Part shown: one piece after another, positions 1 to 11,640 of the stretch
Layout of the letters: every line of letters starts with the position of its first letter
Position numbering within the stretch: the first letter of the stretch is position 1
Source of the DNA: Trichosphaerium sp. ATCC 40318
Taxonomy: Eukaryota > Protista > Tubulinea
Assembly (NCBI GenBank): GCA_038496445.1
Contig: JALMLS010000344.1
Span: 420,724 to 484,723 of the forward strand
Direction: 5' to 3'
DNA length: 64,000 nucleotides
Program-made: the position numbers and the translations under genes
Notes under the pieces: generated by a model
The model's input: the letters and a program-made list of their open reading frames with translations, nothing else
Told to the model about the DNA's origin: nothing
Databases searched by the model: none

Positions 1-1756
1 TACCATTGTCTACCAAAGGCGGTTATATTACTCATTATGAACGTGTTGGCAAAGGTTGCGCACATTAAATATTAAAAACACTAACCATTGTACCAGCCAA
101 CGCTGAAGAAGTACGAGAAAAACGACAACAACAAGGCGATAAATGGTTACTATCGTACACAGCAACTGTAGAGAATGATGAGAATACATATAGCCCAACA
201 ATTTATGCACCCGATGATCAGGATGACATTATAGGGAAGGAAATAATAGTTGACAATAGCTCTGAAGAAGGGCCTTCTAACCCTTTTGGTGATGAAGAAG
301 AGGAACCCAAAAAGCAGTAAGAGCCGCTGTTTCTGAAGCCAACTCAAAGTTGTAGGCAAGCAAGACCATGGACTCGGATATCTGTACCTACTGAGCAAGA
401 GAACCAAGTTCAACCCTCAAACGATATTAAAAATAAACCCGTGTCGACGAGGGTGCGTAGAGAACAACGACCATCGATCGGTGTAAGGAAAGTGCGCTCA
501 ACGCCAGGAAAACTTGAGGTATTGTTACATTATGTAGCTCTTTCTTATACTTTCAAGAAACCCAAAACTAAAGAGCCTACTCGGTTGGATCCAAAAAGTA
601 TACTAGATGAAGTAGATGAGTACGATAGATATTGTTTTAAAGTGTTAACATTCATAGCATTGTTGAGAGTTTCATCGTACTTACTAAGAACGAAGACGGC
701 AAATGGGAAGATAGGATTCTTCAAGTCACACGTAAAACTCTTGTAGAGTGCGATATGATCAGCTTGGAGAAACTTAGTACAATGCCACTTTCCAACTTGG
801 TCCGGTTGATCAGAAGAGACGATTGCACGTTGAATTGTTGTTAGCAATTTACTCATTTGTCATTTAGCAAAGGGACCAATGATTGCCGTAGAACTGGAAG
901 AACCAGGGGAATCCGCATTGCAAACTAATATTATAACGTGTCAATATCGAATGGAGAATGACGAAGATGCTTCAAGTGTCGAACAAATTTTGAATGATGC
1001 CATAAAACGGAATAGCACTGAGACAGATGAGCTTTCTAATCTCTTGCGTACAACACGTAGTACAAGTGAGATGGTAGAGGTACAATATTGTTTCATATTG
1101 TAGCGCCTTAATTCTGTACTAGGTGAAGCCACTTGAAAAAAAAAACATTGGCGTGGGCACAACTGACATGAACCTTCAACTAAGATTACGCCTCGATTTT
1201 TTTGTTGATGACTATGAGGAATTTATTACTTACTTTAGTACACATATGTTGTACTATGGTGCCCCTCCAGAAAGTGAAACGTACGTGTAGAAAAAATATC
1301 CTGCAAACCTATTGTTTGCTTAAAGATTATTTTAGATTGGTTCATGTTCTCATGACAAATGTGAATGTGTATATATTACAAAAGGATAAAGGGTACACTT
1401 GTAGTGGTTTTAATGCTTTGTTAACGTTATCATAGCGGTTTATTTTCAAAAGGTGGTCGAACAAACAGTACGAAAGTTTTTTTTTCAACAAAAAAATATC
1501 AACTGCAACTTACTGTTTTCTTCTTAGCACCCCTTCGCCAAATCCTATTTTTCCCACTAAAAGATATTAAACAAATTGTTTATGGACTATTTTTTCAATG
1601 GTTTCGAGTAGAGATCGATAGAAAGCGAGCTTATATTTTTACATCACGATCTAGTGAAAAAACAATACATTTTATAGAAAAGGTCAAGACCTGCAAGCCA
1701 TTCACACGTACACTGGATTTATTAAAGGCATCAGCTCATTTCTTTAGGGTCATTGA
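1..1756 (+). CDS. 5'-truncated multi-exon hypothetical protein, possibly with PH-like segments
   Basis: Exons bounded by GT..AG give plausible peptides (IVESFIVLTKNEDGKWEDRILQVT; MIAVELEEPGESALQ...; LFFPLKDIKQIVYGLFFQWFRVEIDRKRAYIFTSR). The probable stop is TGA at 1754-1756. The model was not fully resolved. Confidence 0.4.
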
Positions 1757-2570
1757 ATAGGAACCGAGACACTGTATCAAATATTGGTGACTTGATCTCA
1801 AACTCCGTTAGACCTTGGATTGAAATGTCAATCCATGTCTTTCAATGCACAGAGAAATCATCCTATAAATTTCAGATCCACAACAAAGGTAGTACATAGA
1901 TAAGTCATAATATTAACACCATTAGTATCATCGGTTGTACCAAGAACTTTGATCCTCACGCGAAACACAGTTGTATGCCACATTTGAAAATTATAAACCA
2001 ATACTTGACAGCCTGACATTTCTAGCTTTTACTCTCTGAAGACTACACTAAATGGCCGCCACTTTGTTTCCCGTCGTCTACAAAACCTTCAACACCACAA
2101 TTTCGTCTAATGGGCAAACAAGAAATCAAACATGTTGCCAAACTAGTGCGTGACCTTATTCAAACAAAAAAAAACCTTTATCAAAATGAAGAGTTCTTAC
2201 AATAAAAATAGGAAAGACGAAGGGATGTTCCTCTTGCATTTGCCATTGAATTCGATGGCGCAAGCGACGGCGCAGCGGAAGCATCAGAAACATGGCATTT
2301 TGTAGCTGCTGAGGAGCTCGAGTATGAAAAATTTGTTGGGAAGCTTGGAAAGATCTGGGAGTCATTGTTCGGCGTCCCACTTGAACATAACGTAAAATAA
2401 ATACATAAAAAGGTTTTTTTGCTGAAAATTAAGCGCACAGCGATCAACATTAAGGAAGATTGTGCTACATATTCCATTTCGTTGTTTGTTTACAACCTAT
2501 CCGCATGGGGTAGTAATTTGACAGTGTCTTTAAAGTAAATCGTAATTTCTTGAATGTACGAATAGTAATT

Positions 2571-5500
2571 ATGAATACAACCGCCCCAACACCCTTCCCG
2601 AACAATATTTCACCACATGAACAACGCATTGTGGAAGCCTTGACACTCACTTCTGCTGCCTTGACAATTACCGGTAGTTGCTTTGCGCTAACAGGGTGTA
2701 CGATATAATACTAAATTGACAATAAATAACGCGACTAGTGTTTTACAAACAACTTCGCCACGCATTTGGACCCGTTTTAATAATGATTATGATCTTCACA
2801 GGTATGTAAAGCGCTCTATCACTTGTAAACATGGGTTCTAAAAAAAAAAATCGATAGATTTATTGGCAGCTGTTGGTCATTACATTGATTTAATATTTGG
2901 CTTATGTACACTTGGAGCTGTCACTATGCAGGTAAGACGTTCATCCTTATCAATACTTACTTCTTATCTGACACTTGTTAGTTCTTTTATTTATCCTCTA
3001 TGGTTAGCACATAACTAGCGTTAATTACAATTTTATTGACTCTTTCGATTAGCTTTGGACAGTTTGCTACACGCATTATGTTTTTGGTATGCGTTATCTT
3101 TTTGTTTATCACGTGATGTCTTATTATTATCCAGAAACTTTTGTACGCAAGAGTAGAGTCATGATGCTCACAAATTGGCCGTATCTTCTTCTTTATTCGT
3201 ACACAAGTTATCGTTTCTTTCGCACAATGCTAAAATGCTAAAACCGTAGAATAATTTCGTTTGGCTTACCCACTGTGACCGTGATTGTTGGGCTAGCTCA
3301 AGGCATATTTGGTCCAACTGTACCTTGGTGTATGTTAATGATTTAACCTGTTTTAAAAAATGTACTTACGTGTGTTACAGGTTGGATTAAATACGAATTT
3401 GAGGTGCGATGAATCACGTGATAAAATTTCCTAACTTTAGATTTCGAAGATTTACAGATTATTACTTTTCTATTGTACGTACTACTATTTCACTACCACC
3501 TATTCACTCACACTTAGTGCCTTATGTAATATTGTTTGTTATTGTTATTATTTTTTACATCCTGGTTCTACGGTACACAAGCACCGTGTTTATTGTATGT
3601 TGAATATTCCTCTAGGAAAGTACTGAGCGCAAACAGTGCTGTTGTTGGCAAGAAGAAATACCACGCCAACTTTAAAGGTTAAATCCACTATGTCTGAGTG
3701 TTGCTAACATAAAATCATTATAGTCGCCCAAGCAGTTACAATAACGTTCTTGCTTCTCAGGTTCCCTGGACTCGTTGATCGACTAGACGAATTTTTCTTC
3801 AAACGTAAGTAATCATAAAGGTAGTCTATGGAATAACAATGTTTAGAAAACGATACTTTCGTATTGACTGTATTACACGCTAGTTTATCTCCTCTCAGAG
3901 GCTTTGTAAATAGTATTATTTTCTTGTGGGTACGCAAGAAAGAACAAAACTCTCATTTAAGTGTATGACATTTCAATTAGATAACAAGACGATTGTATTT
4001 TGTTAACTTTGGCTGTATACAGAGACCTGATACCGTGTATCCAAGTGGAGATACGCTGACACGATCACTCATCACAAATGATGTCATAGCCGAAGACGCA
4101 TCTTTATTTGAGGAGCCTACATCTAAAGGTAAGCGTTACACTGGGCAAACATGCCCAAAATCTCTGTGTGATATTTATTTTGTATAGGTACCAATTCGCA
4201 GTATTCAAGCATACCAGGTGGTTTCGCTGTGAAAAAGAGTAGACCTAGTGTTTTACCCACAACGAAGAGAGAGTGAGTTTGTTTGGTAATGTTGCATCTA
4301 ATATGAGGTAGTAAACCTATCATTCTCGAAACTGGGGCACTTCGAGATGACAGACGCGCTGGCGATAAGTATAGTCTGTTTATTGGTACACAAACTAAGA
4401 AGTCAGTTAGCTATTAACACTCTTTCTAGGCACATGGAACATGGCATGTTTGATTTATATTTGTGTTGTTAATGTGTTAATTACAGGGCGCCGCTGCACC
4501 AGCTGATTTGACAAAATACTTCTCTCCGAAAGGTCAAGCATTTGACTTATATGTATTCGGATTGCAAGAATGTGTATACAAGCCTAGAGACGATTACAAA
4601 TCAATAGAGGAGGACTTGTTAGAGTCCATTAGAGAGTCTCTTCCTGGTTCATACCATACTGTTTGTAGCCAAAGTAGTAAGTACTTAGTTGCATCAACCC
4701 ATTTTAACAGCTGAATTTAGTGTGGCAATTACGCTTGGTGGTCTTAGTAAAGTATGAGTTGAGGGACTTGGTTCGTAAGTGCTGAAAAAACATATTTTCG
4801 GTGAAGCTTATTGCTCTTAGATCACGTGACGATTGGAAAGGAATCAACTGGTCTTGGTAATGTTGTGGTACGGTAATTTATAGCACAAATGAGCATAACT
4901 TGTTGTATAGCCTAACAAAGGAGCACTCGGATTCACAATGTGGCTTGAAAATGTACAGTGGATTTTTTATCATAACTACTCACTTTAACCCCTTAGACAT
5001 CGTTTTGTTTCTTGAATACTCATCTTGCTGCACATGAATGCAATGTAACTCGTAGAAACAAAGACGCTTTAACAATCATTAACGGTTTGAAGTGGACAAG
5101 GAAAAACAAAGAAAGGTAGTCATGATGAAAACCTTGTATTAGTATTTAATCAATTCACAAGAAACAAGCACCATGACATCCCGCTACGAGTTCCAAAAGG
5201 ATTTCAGTTGACGCAAAAATTTCATCACGTATTTTGGTATTCTTATGACCTTTATGTGATGTTATGTAAAGCTAACACGTTCTAGGTTTGGTGATTTAAA
5301 CTACAGAATAGATAAATTGTTTGAAGAAGTTACTGAACATATTTCAAATGAGATAAAGATTCGTAATGGTGATAAACCTGACGGAGAAGGACTTGATGGT
5401 TTGAGAGAAGAAGATCAATTAAATAAGCAACGTAAACTCGGAAAGGTCTTCTTTGGATTTAAAGAGGGGGAAGTCAATTTTATACCAACCTACAGATACG

Positions 5501-6487
5501 AGAGGTAATACCTTTAATCTTTTTTTTTGTTTGTTTATTATTTTGTTGAAACTTTTTTTTTAACTTGTTTGTAAGGAATTGTCGTGAGTTTAGTAAAAAA
5601 GTAGTACATGGGAAAATACAATCACCGAGCTGGTGTGACAGAGTATTATTTAAATCATTGCGTAGCAAAGAACTACAACTTGTAGAGTACGATGCATGTC
5701 ACAATGTACGTAGCAGAAACATGGAAATATGTCGCTAGGTTTTTTCCGTAATCGTGTTGTTAGATAATGTCATCGGATCACTCGCCTGTTTATGCTGTAT
5801 TTAATATCGAAACGATACCTGCACTTATACCTCAACAATCAGAAAAGCAAGCGTATACACTTACAATCTCACAAATTAAATGCTCTTCTTTGGAAGCTGC
5901 CAAGATGATGCAAGATACCATGGAACGAAGGACAAAACTTGTAAGTTCAATATTTTTAACTTGTACATCTTTTTTTAGTTTCACTAAAACATGTTGCAGG
6001 AGCCTTACGTTATATTACATCCGACCTGGATGTCTAAAAAAGATAAAGTTGTGACGGTACGCACCACTTATTTACGCATTTATCTAATGATTTCTTGTAG
6101 CACGTGCGTAAAGGTGATGTAGAGCCTACATATGAGGAAGAAGATATCGAACAGCTTAATGCCTTTAGTGTAAACACCTTTCTTCAATCAAATTGTTAAC
6201 AACTGTAGGCTGACATGGGAGTGTTACCTTGGCATTTCCTTTTTATAGAAGTTAGAGATAGGTCCCTTCATGGTCAAGTACGCTTTTAAGAAAAATATAT
6301 CACGTGGTGTGATTAATTTGGGGTTTTTTAGAATGATGTTTTGGGTGAAGGATTCTTCTCTATCAGAAAGGCATGTACAAATTTAGGACAAACAGTCAAG
6401 TTCAGAAGTGCTCTCACGCGTGTCGGTTTATGTAGTGGGTTTGTAGAAGGTCTAATTACCTTCAAAAAAGTAGGAACTAGTATATAA
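2571..6487 (+). CDS. cAR/GCR1-like 7TM GPCR fused to a SHIP-type inositol polyphosphate 5-phosphatase and a C2-like domain (~30 exons)
   Basis: Hand-spliced continuous frame from ATG 2571 to TAA 6485-6487. The 7TM part has ECL2 GPTVPWCWIK and TM7 LHASLSPLRGFVNSIIF. The phosphatase part has FIGTWNMG, FGLQE, PNKG, THLAAH, WFGDLNYRI, PTYRY, PSWCDRVL and SDHSPV. The C-terminus DVLGEGFFSI...VGLCSGFVEGLI resembles the SHIP C2 domain. Confidence 0.88.
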
Positions 6488-6795
6488 ATAAAATAATTCT
6501 TTATGTAACAAACCGTTTGCTTGGTCAACATCATTTTTCGACTGGTCCTTCACTATGTAATATGTAGGTTTTGTTCACCTCATGAAACAAAGGCCGCTTG
6601 ATAGCCACGTAGATCTTTTTGAATGAACTTTTTACAAGGTTGTTATTCACATAACCATTTACAGTCAAACGGCAAACTCACTCAACGTAAAAAGCAAAAA
6701 TGTTTAGCAGATTAGACAATTTCGGTTCGTTATAGAGCTATTAGATAGCTTGTACATCTAACTATAAACCAGACCCTTTAAAACAATTACCAAAG

Positions 6796-8526
6796 ATGGT
6801 AGCAATAGCTGGCGCTGTTACCATAGGCACTGGAGTACTTTATTGTATTTACCAGTTCGCTTTTAGCTCCAGCACAAGGTACATCTCATTTCTTTCCGCA
6901 GGAGACAAATTTACTCGTAGTTTCATGGATAAAACATTGAAATGGGACCCATCAAGCATAAATGATCGAACAGTGCGTATTCGCTCTTTTTTCATGCCAA
7001 AGGCGATTTTTCATACGTCTTTAGGCAGGTCTCTTCCTCATGTGCGCTGTGGGTGATGCAAAAGGAATCCCTTTTGAAATGAAGACATACGAAGAAATAC
7101 AAGCACACCCAGGAAGAAATAAGGTGCATATTATCAAATCCTTTGCAAAAAAACTTGCCTTTTTGTCTCTAACAAAACAAGCTTTACGCCAAATGTACAG
7201 ATCACCCGCTTATGCCTGTGGGCTATGGCCCTGGAAAGCAAACAGATGACACGCAGGTACGAAATGACATTTCAGGAACCGCTTGTTTTTATTCTGTTAA
7301 CACTAAGGCTAGCTTACATGCGCCATGGCACGTGCAATCATGAAGGTATTGAATAAACTTAAACAAAATAGAGTTCTGAAACCTAATGTATAGGCAAACT
7401 GTGTAAATATGGAGGTAATGGCTGAAGAACACATTAAGGAATGGCAAATTAGTGTCGCTGGTACGAATGACGCCACGTAGAGCGATCATGCTAACCATAA
7501 AAGGTTGGGGTGGTACCAAGAAGTCTATTGAGAAATTGAGCCGTGGTATAAGATGGTCAAAGACAGGGAGAGAGTCAGCGATAGGTACAATTTAAGTTCA
7601 TTTTTGATGTCATTGCTCACTATTTTAGGAAATGGTGTCATGATGAAAATGTGTCCACTCGCCTTTTTTTATGCATTCTCTAAGAACTACAACAAAGAAG
7701 AACAACTGGAAGTACGTGGTTACTCTGATGAATTAGTCATTTGACATTTTTCATTAAAAGGAAATAAGCACTTTAACTAAAATGACACATGGCAGCCCAT
7801 CTACACTTGTAACAACAGCTTTATTTACAAAATTTGCAGGTACGTTTTTTCTTGTTCATTTTTTTTTGTGCTCTTCGCTTACTGATAAATCAGAATACCT
7901 TTACAGTCACCCCTCAACTTTGGACACCTCATCTGAGCGAAAGGATTTCTTGAAAAAAGTAATTGGACTCGCTGAGGAAATGGAGCAATTATATATTCCA
8001 AAAACACTGGAAGATGAAGAATGGGTACGTCACTAGTACCAAACATCTGCAAGCCAGCAAAAAAACTTATTCATTTCATAGATTAGTAAAAGCCAGTATA
8101 ATGATTACGACGAATATTTGAGGACAGTGAAGGCTGTTTCACCTCAATTAAAGCAACTTCTAGCTAATTTTTCAACATTGACAGACCAGAAACTTATAAG
8201 TATCAGTAATGGCGGCGGTTTCTTTTGTGTGGATTCACTAGTGATGATTATCGGTCTCTTAATGCGCAAACCACCTACATTTGAAGTTATACTAGATGCT
8301 GTATACATTGGTGGCGACACAGATTCTAATGCAGCCATGATAGGTAAGAACAAATGTTACTTCCTTTAATTTTGTTGTTTTTAACATTTAAAAAGGAGGA
8401 ATTATTGGAGGTATGAAGGGTCTCAAAGGTTTGGAAGTACCAGAAGACAGGTATATAACCCAGTTGGTTGGCTGGCGCTCTTTACTTGATTTATCACAAA
8501 GATTTGCAAAACTATTTAATGCTTAA
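6796..8526 (+). CDS. ADP-ribosylglycohydrolase (ARH/DraG family) with an N-terminal hydrophobic segment
   Basis: Motifs AVGDAKG, TDDTQ, GNGVMMKMCPL, TKMTH and GGDTDSNAAMIGG lie across spliced exons; stop TAA 8524-8526. Confidence 0.85.
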
Positions 8527-8652
8527 ATAATACAGTGTTGTCTTGTATCGATCAACTAGTCACGTGTGAATAAACATTTTGAATTGTAGCACGCCTGAAA
8601 ATTGAGTAGTACTAAACCAAATGCGCCTGACAATTGTGCAATTCCACTTTAT

Positions 8653-8997
8653 TTACGCCGTCTTTTGTTTGTCGCCTTGCTGTATTTCTTCTTCTTCATC
8701 GCTGGAGGATTCGTCATCACTGATGCAATCAAGACAATAATACATAACAAGAGTTCCATCTATTTGACTTACTATGTTGCCACACTGTGACCCACTACAA
8801 AAACTCCATGATTTATAAGGCTCAACAGCGTTGTTAAAATGTAAAACACCTTTAACACGAGCAAAATTTGTATCTATGTAATTAACTAAACCCCACGTCG
8901 TGTAGTCTCCACAACCGGCATAAACATAACTCGAATAGTTATCAATGACATCTGTACACTCGGCTTTACCACATAAACTGCATTGGTTGTGTTCCAT
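8653..8997 (-). CDS. Small intronless Cys-rich hypothetical protein with an acidic tail
   Basis: ATG-started 114-aa ORF with CSLC, CSGSQC and CLDC pairs and a DDESSSDEEEE tail; no family recognised. Confidence 0.35.
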   Translation of the reverse strand: MEHNQCSLCGKAECTDVIDNYSSYVYAGCGDYTTWGLVNYIDTNFARVKGVLHFNNAVEPYKSWSFCSGSQCGNIVSQIDGTLVMYYCLDCISDDESSSDEEEEIQQGDKQKTA

Positions 8998-9083
8998 AAA
9001 CTGTCAATACGCCTGCGGTTCAACACACAGTATCAACAACAGAATTTAATTACTTTGACAGGAACGTTGAAAACTTTATTGAT

Positions 9084-9770
9084 TTATTCATCTCCAACAC
9101 CAGAATTAGACGACTTTTCCCCGTCGTATTTCGCCATTAGCATACCGATGGTGTCGCGCGCTACTTGAGTAGGTGTGCGCTTCGTTAAATGCGTGTTTTT
9201 GGCACGATAAGATTGGCGCCTAGCGGCGTTTTTAGTGAAATAATACTTCTGCAGAACAAAATTCAAGTAAAGGGCGCACCTGCGCTTGTAGTCGCGTTGT
9301 TTTGCTCTCATCTCTAGCCACGACTTGTTGTCCGAGTTAGTGCCTAATTTGCCTGTCAGTGAAAAATTAAAAGAGCGAGCTGATGTATTACCCGCTTGAG
9401 CACTGCCCAATAGAATCTCAGGAACCTGATTTGCCTTGTTTTCTCTTGACAGAGACATTATAAAATCATACTCTTGTAGAACGGACCCAAAGCGCTTACC
9501 TACGCGTTTATTGAGTCAGTATACTATTCAGCTAAACCTGCTACCAGTACTTCGATGCTTCACCACACCGATAGCATTCTCATAAAAGAAGTCGTGCGTT
9601 CTCACGGGGTTGCTTTTCTGTGGTAATAAGACAAAAGCAGCGTTTAAATTTATAATAAGTGCCTTTTTGGTCGGAATGAAGGTTGTGGACGCGTCTAAGC
9701 TTAGTTTTGTGAACACTTGTTGTAGTTTTTCCTTATTGTCAGCTAGCCAATGTTCCATTAGTGTTTTCAC
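9084..9770 (-). CDS. Intron-poor hypothetical protein (5' end uncertain, may extend to ~10053)
   Basis: ORFs 9528-9770 and 9084-9458 join in frame through a GTAGCA..CGTAG intron (HRSTG/KRFGSVLQEYDFIMSLSRE). AATAAA follows the stop. Confidence 0.4.
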
Positions 9771-10167
9771 TAATTATTCCGTCATCATAACGTTTGTCCG
9801 GTCCGGCGATTTTAACAAGTAACACAAACCACAAAAGTTTAACTGGCTTTTTTTGATAAGTTTGATTTCGGCGTGTTCCATTTTTAAACGCCTCAACTAG
9901 CCACGAATCACGCTCAAATAACACCGCACGCACGGGAAATGTGTGATGGCCGGTTGCATTTGCTCTACTAAGTAACTGATACTTCAAAAAAAGCAACTTT
10001 TTGTTTGTACAGTTCTGATTAGTCTTATCGGATTGAACAACAACCGCGTTCACATCACTTTTTACTTCGGGAGGTTTTAGGCTATCAAATCGGCTGCTAA
10101 GTTTAGACGAACGAAATTTAGTCAGTTTTTCGTTACAAAACCTAAATCACAACACAAGCATAACAAC

Positions 10168-11255
10168 ATGGACGAGAGAGAAGAAGCAGTTTACATGGCA
10201 AAATTGGCTGAACAAGTACGCTTCCTTTGCCGCTGTTTACCGCTTGCTGTTTTGCTTTGTTTTTGTTTTTTGCGATCTGTTTTAGTAGTGCACTGAACGC
10301 GGTTTGGTTCCGCTGGTACCTCGGCCACTCGCCCTGGTTCCTCCGGCGCTTTTGCTGTTTTCAACTACTGATTTACGGTTGTGGATCTTTTTTTACTTTA
10401 CCTGCCTTTCCACGCTCCCACAAGCGCTCTCGTTTACCCTTGTACCTACTTACGCTGTTTAGGCTGAACGCTACCAAGAGATGGTTGATGCCATGAAAAA
10501 AGTCGCTCAACTCGGCACAGAATTGACTGTTGATGAGAGAAACCTCTTCTCAGTTGCTTACAAGAACGTTATCGGCGCTCGCCGTGCTGCTTGGAGAATC
10601 GTTTCTTCAATCGAACACAAAGAAGTCGAAAGGTACCAATCGCTTTCTACTTCTTTCGTAGCTTTTTTTAGCTTTTTTTTTTTTGGGTTGTTAGTGTTTC
10701 GTTTACTCACGCCGTTAAATTAGGAACGAAAACAACGCCAAAATCGCTAAGGTCAAAGAATACCGCGTCAAGATTGAGGAAGAACTCACCGAGATCTGCA
10801 ACGACATCCTTAAAGTTTTGGATGCTCACCTCATTGAAAAAGCTGTATCTAGCGAGTCTAAAGTCTTTTACCTTAAGATGAAGGGCGATTACTTGAGATA
10901 CATGGCCGAGTTCAGCACAGGCGATACACGCCAAGAAGCTGCCAACAAAGCCCTCACCGCATACAAAGCCGCCATTGACGTTGGTTCCAACGACATGCCA
11001 CCTACAAACCCAATCCGCCTCGGTCTCGTTCTCAACTTCTCCGTTTTCTACTACGAAATCATGGACAACCAAGACGAAGCTTGCTCTTTGGCCAAAAAAG
11101 CTTTTGATGATGCCATCTCTGACTTGGACAAACTCAGCGACGACTCATACAAAGAGACCACACTTATCCTCCAATTGCTCAGAGAGAACTTGAGCTTGTG
11201 GACATCTAGCAAAGGCGAAGATGATGACAAAGAAGAAGATGAAGCTGATGAATAA
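10168..11255 (+). CDS. 14-3-3 protein (3 exons)
   Basis: [24 protein letters not shown]...[20 protein letters not shown]...KMKGDYLRY...[17 protein letters not shown]...[21 protein letters not shown]. Introns at 10216-10462 and 10633-10723. Confidence 0.97.
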
Positions 11256-11640
11256 TTCTCCTTTTCTCATTAATTAATTTTAAACAATGGCGGCGGCCTC
11301 AACAACACGTTCTGTAACTAATAATAATAGAACCAAGTGGTTTTTGAAAGCTATACCTGTCTGTTTTTTTTTTCTTTTGTTTTTGCTTCGCTTTGTTTTG
11401 GTCGTGCTGTTTTGTTACCTTGACGTTTTGTTGGAGACAATTCGCCAATTCTCTTTTTGCAATTCCTTCCTTTTATTTTATTGTTCCTCTTCTCGGCTGA
11501 ATTCTGTTTATCTAGTAAAAAAGTAGAGTGTACACTGTTTTAGTAGTAGTTTACGGAGTTGTTGCAGTTAAGTTCCGTATTACAGCCTTTTTTGTGTTTT
11601 TGGTTTGATTTCGCGAGCTTCGGGTGTGGTTTTGACCAAC

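Noticed and set aside
1760-2477. Possible small minus-strand gene (ORFs 2156-2380 and 2181-2477)
   Set aside because: I could not build a consistent spliced frame or recognise a family.
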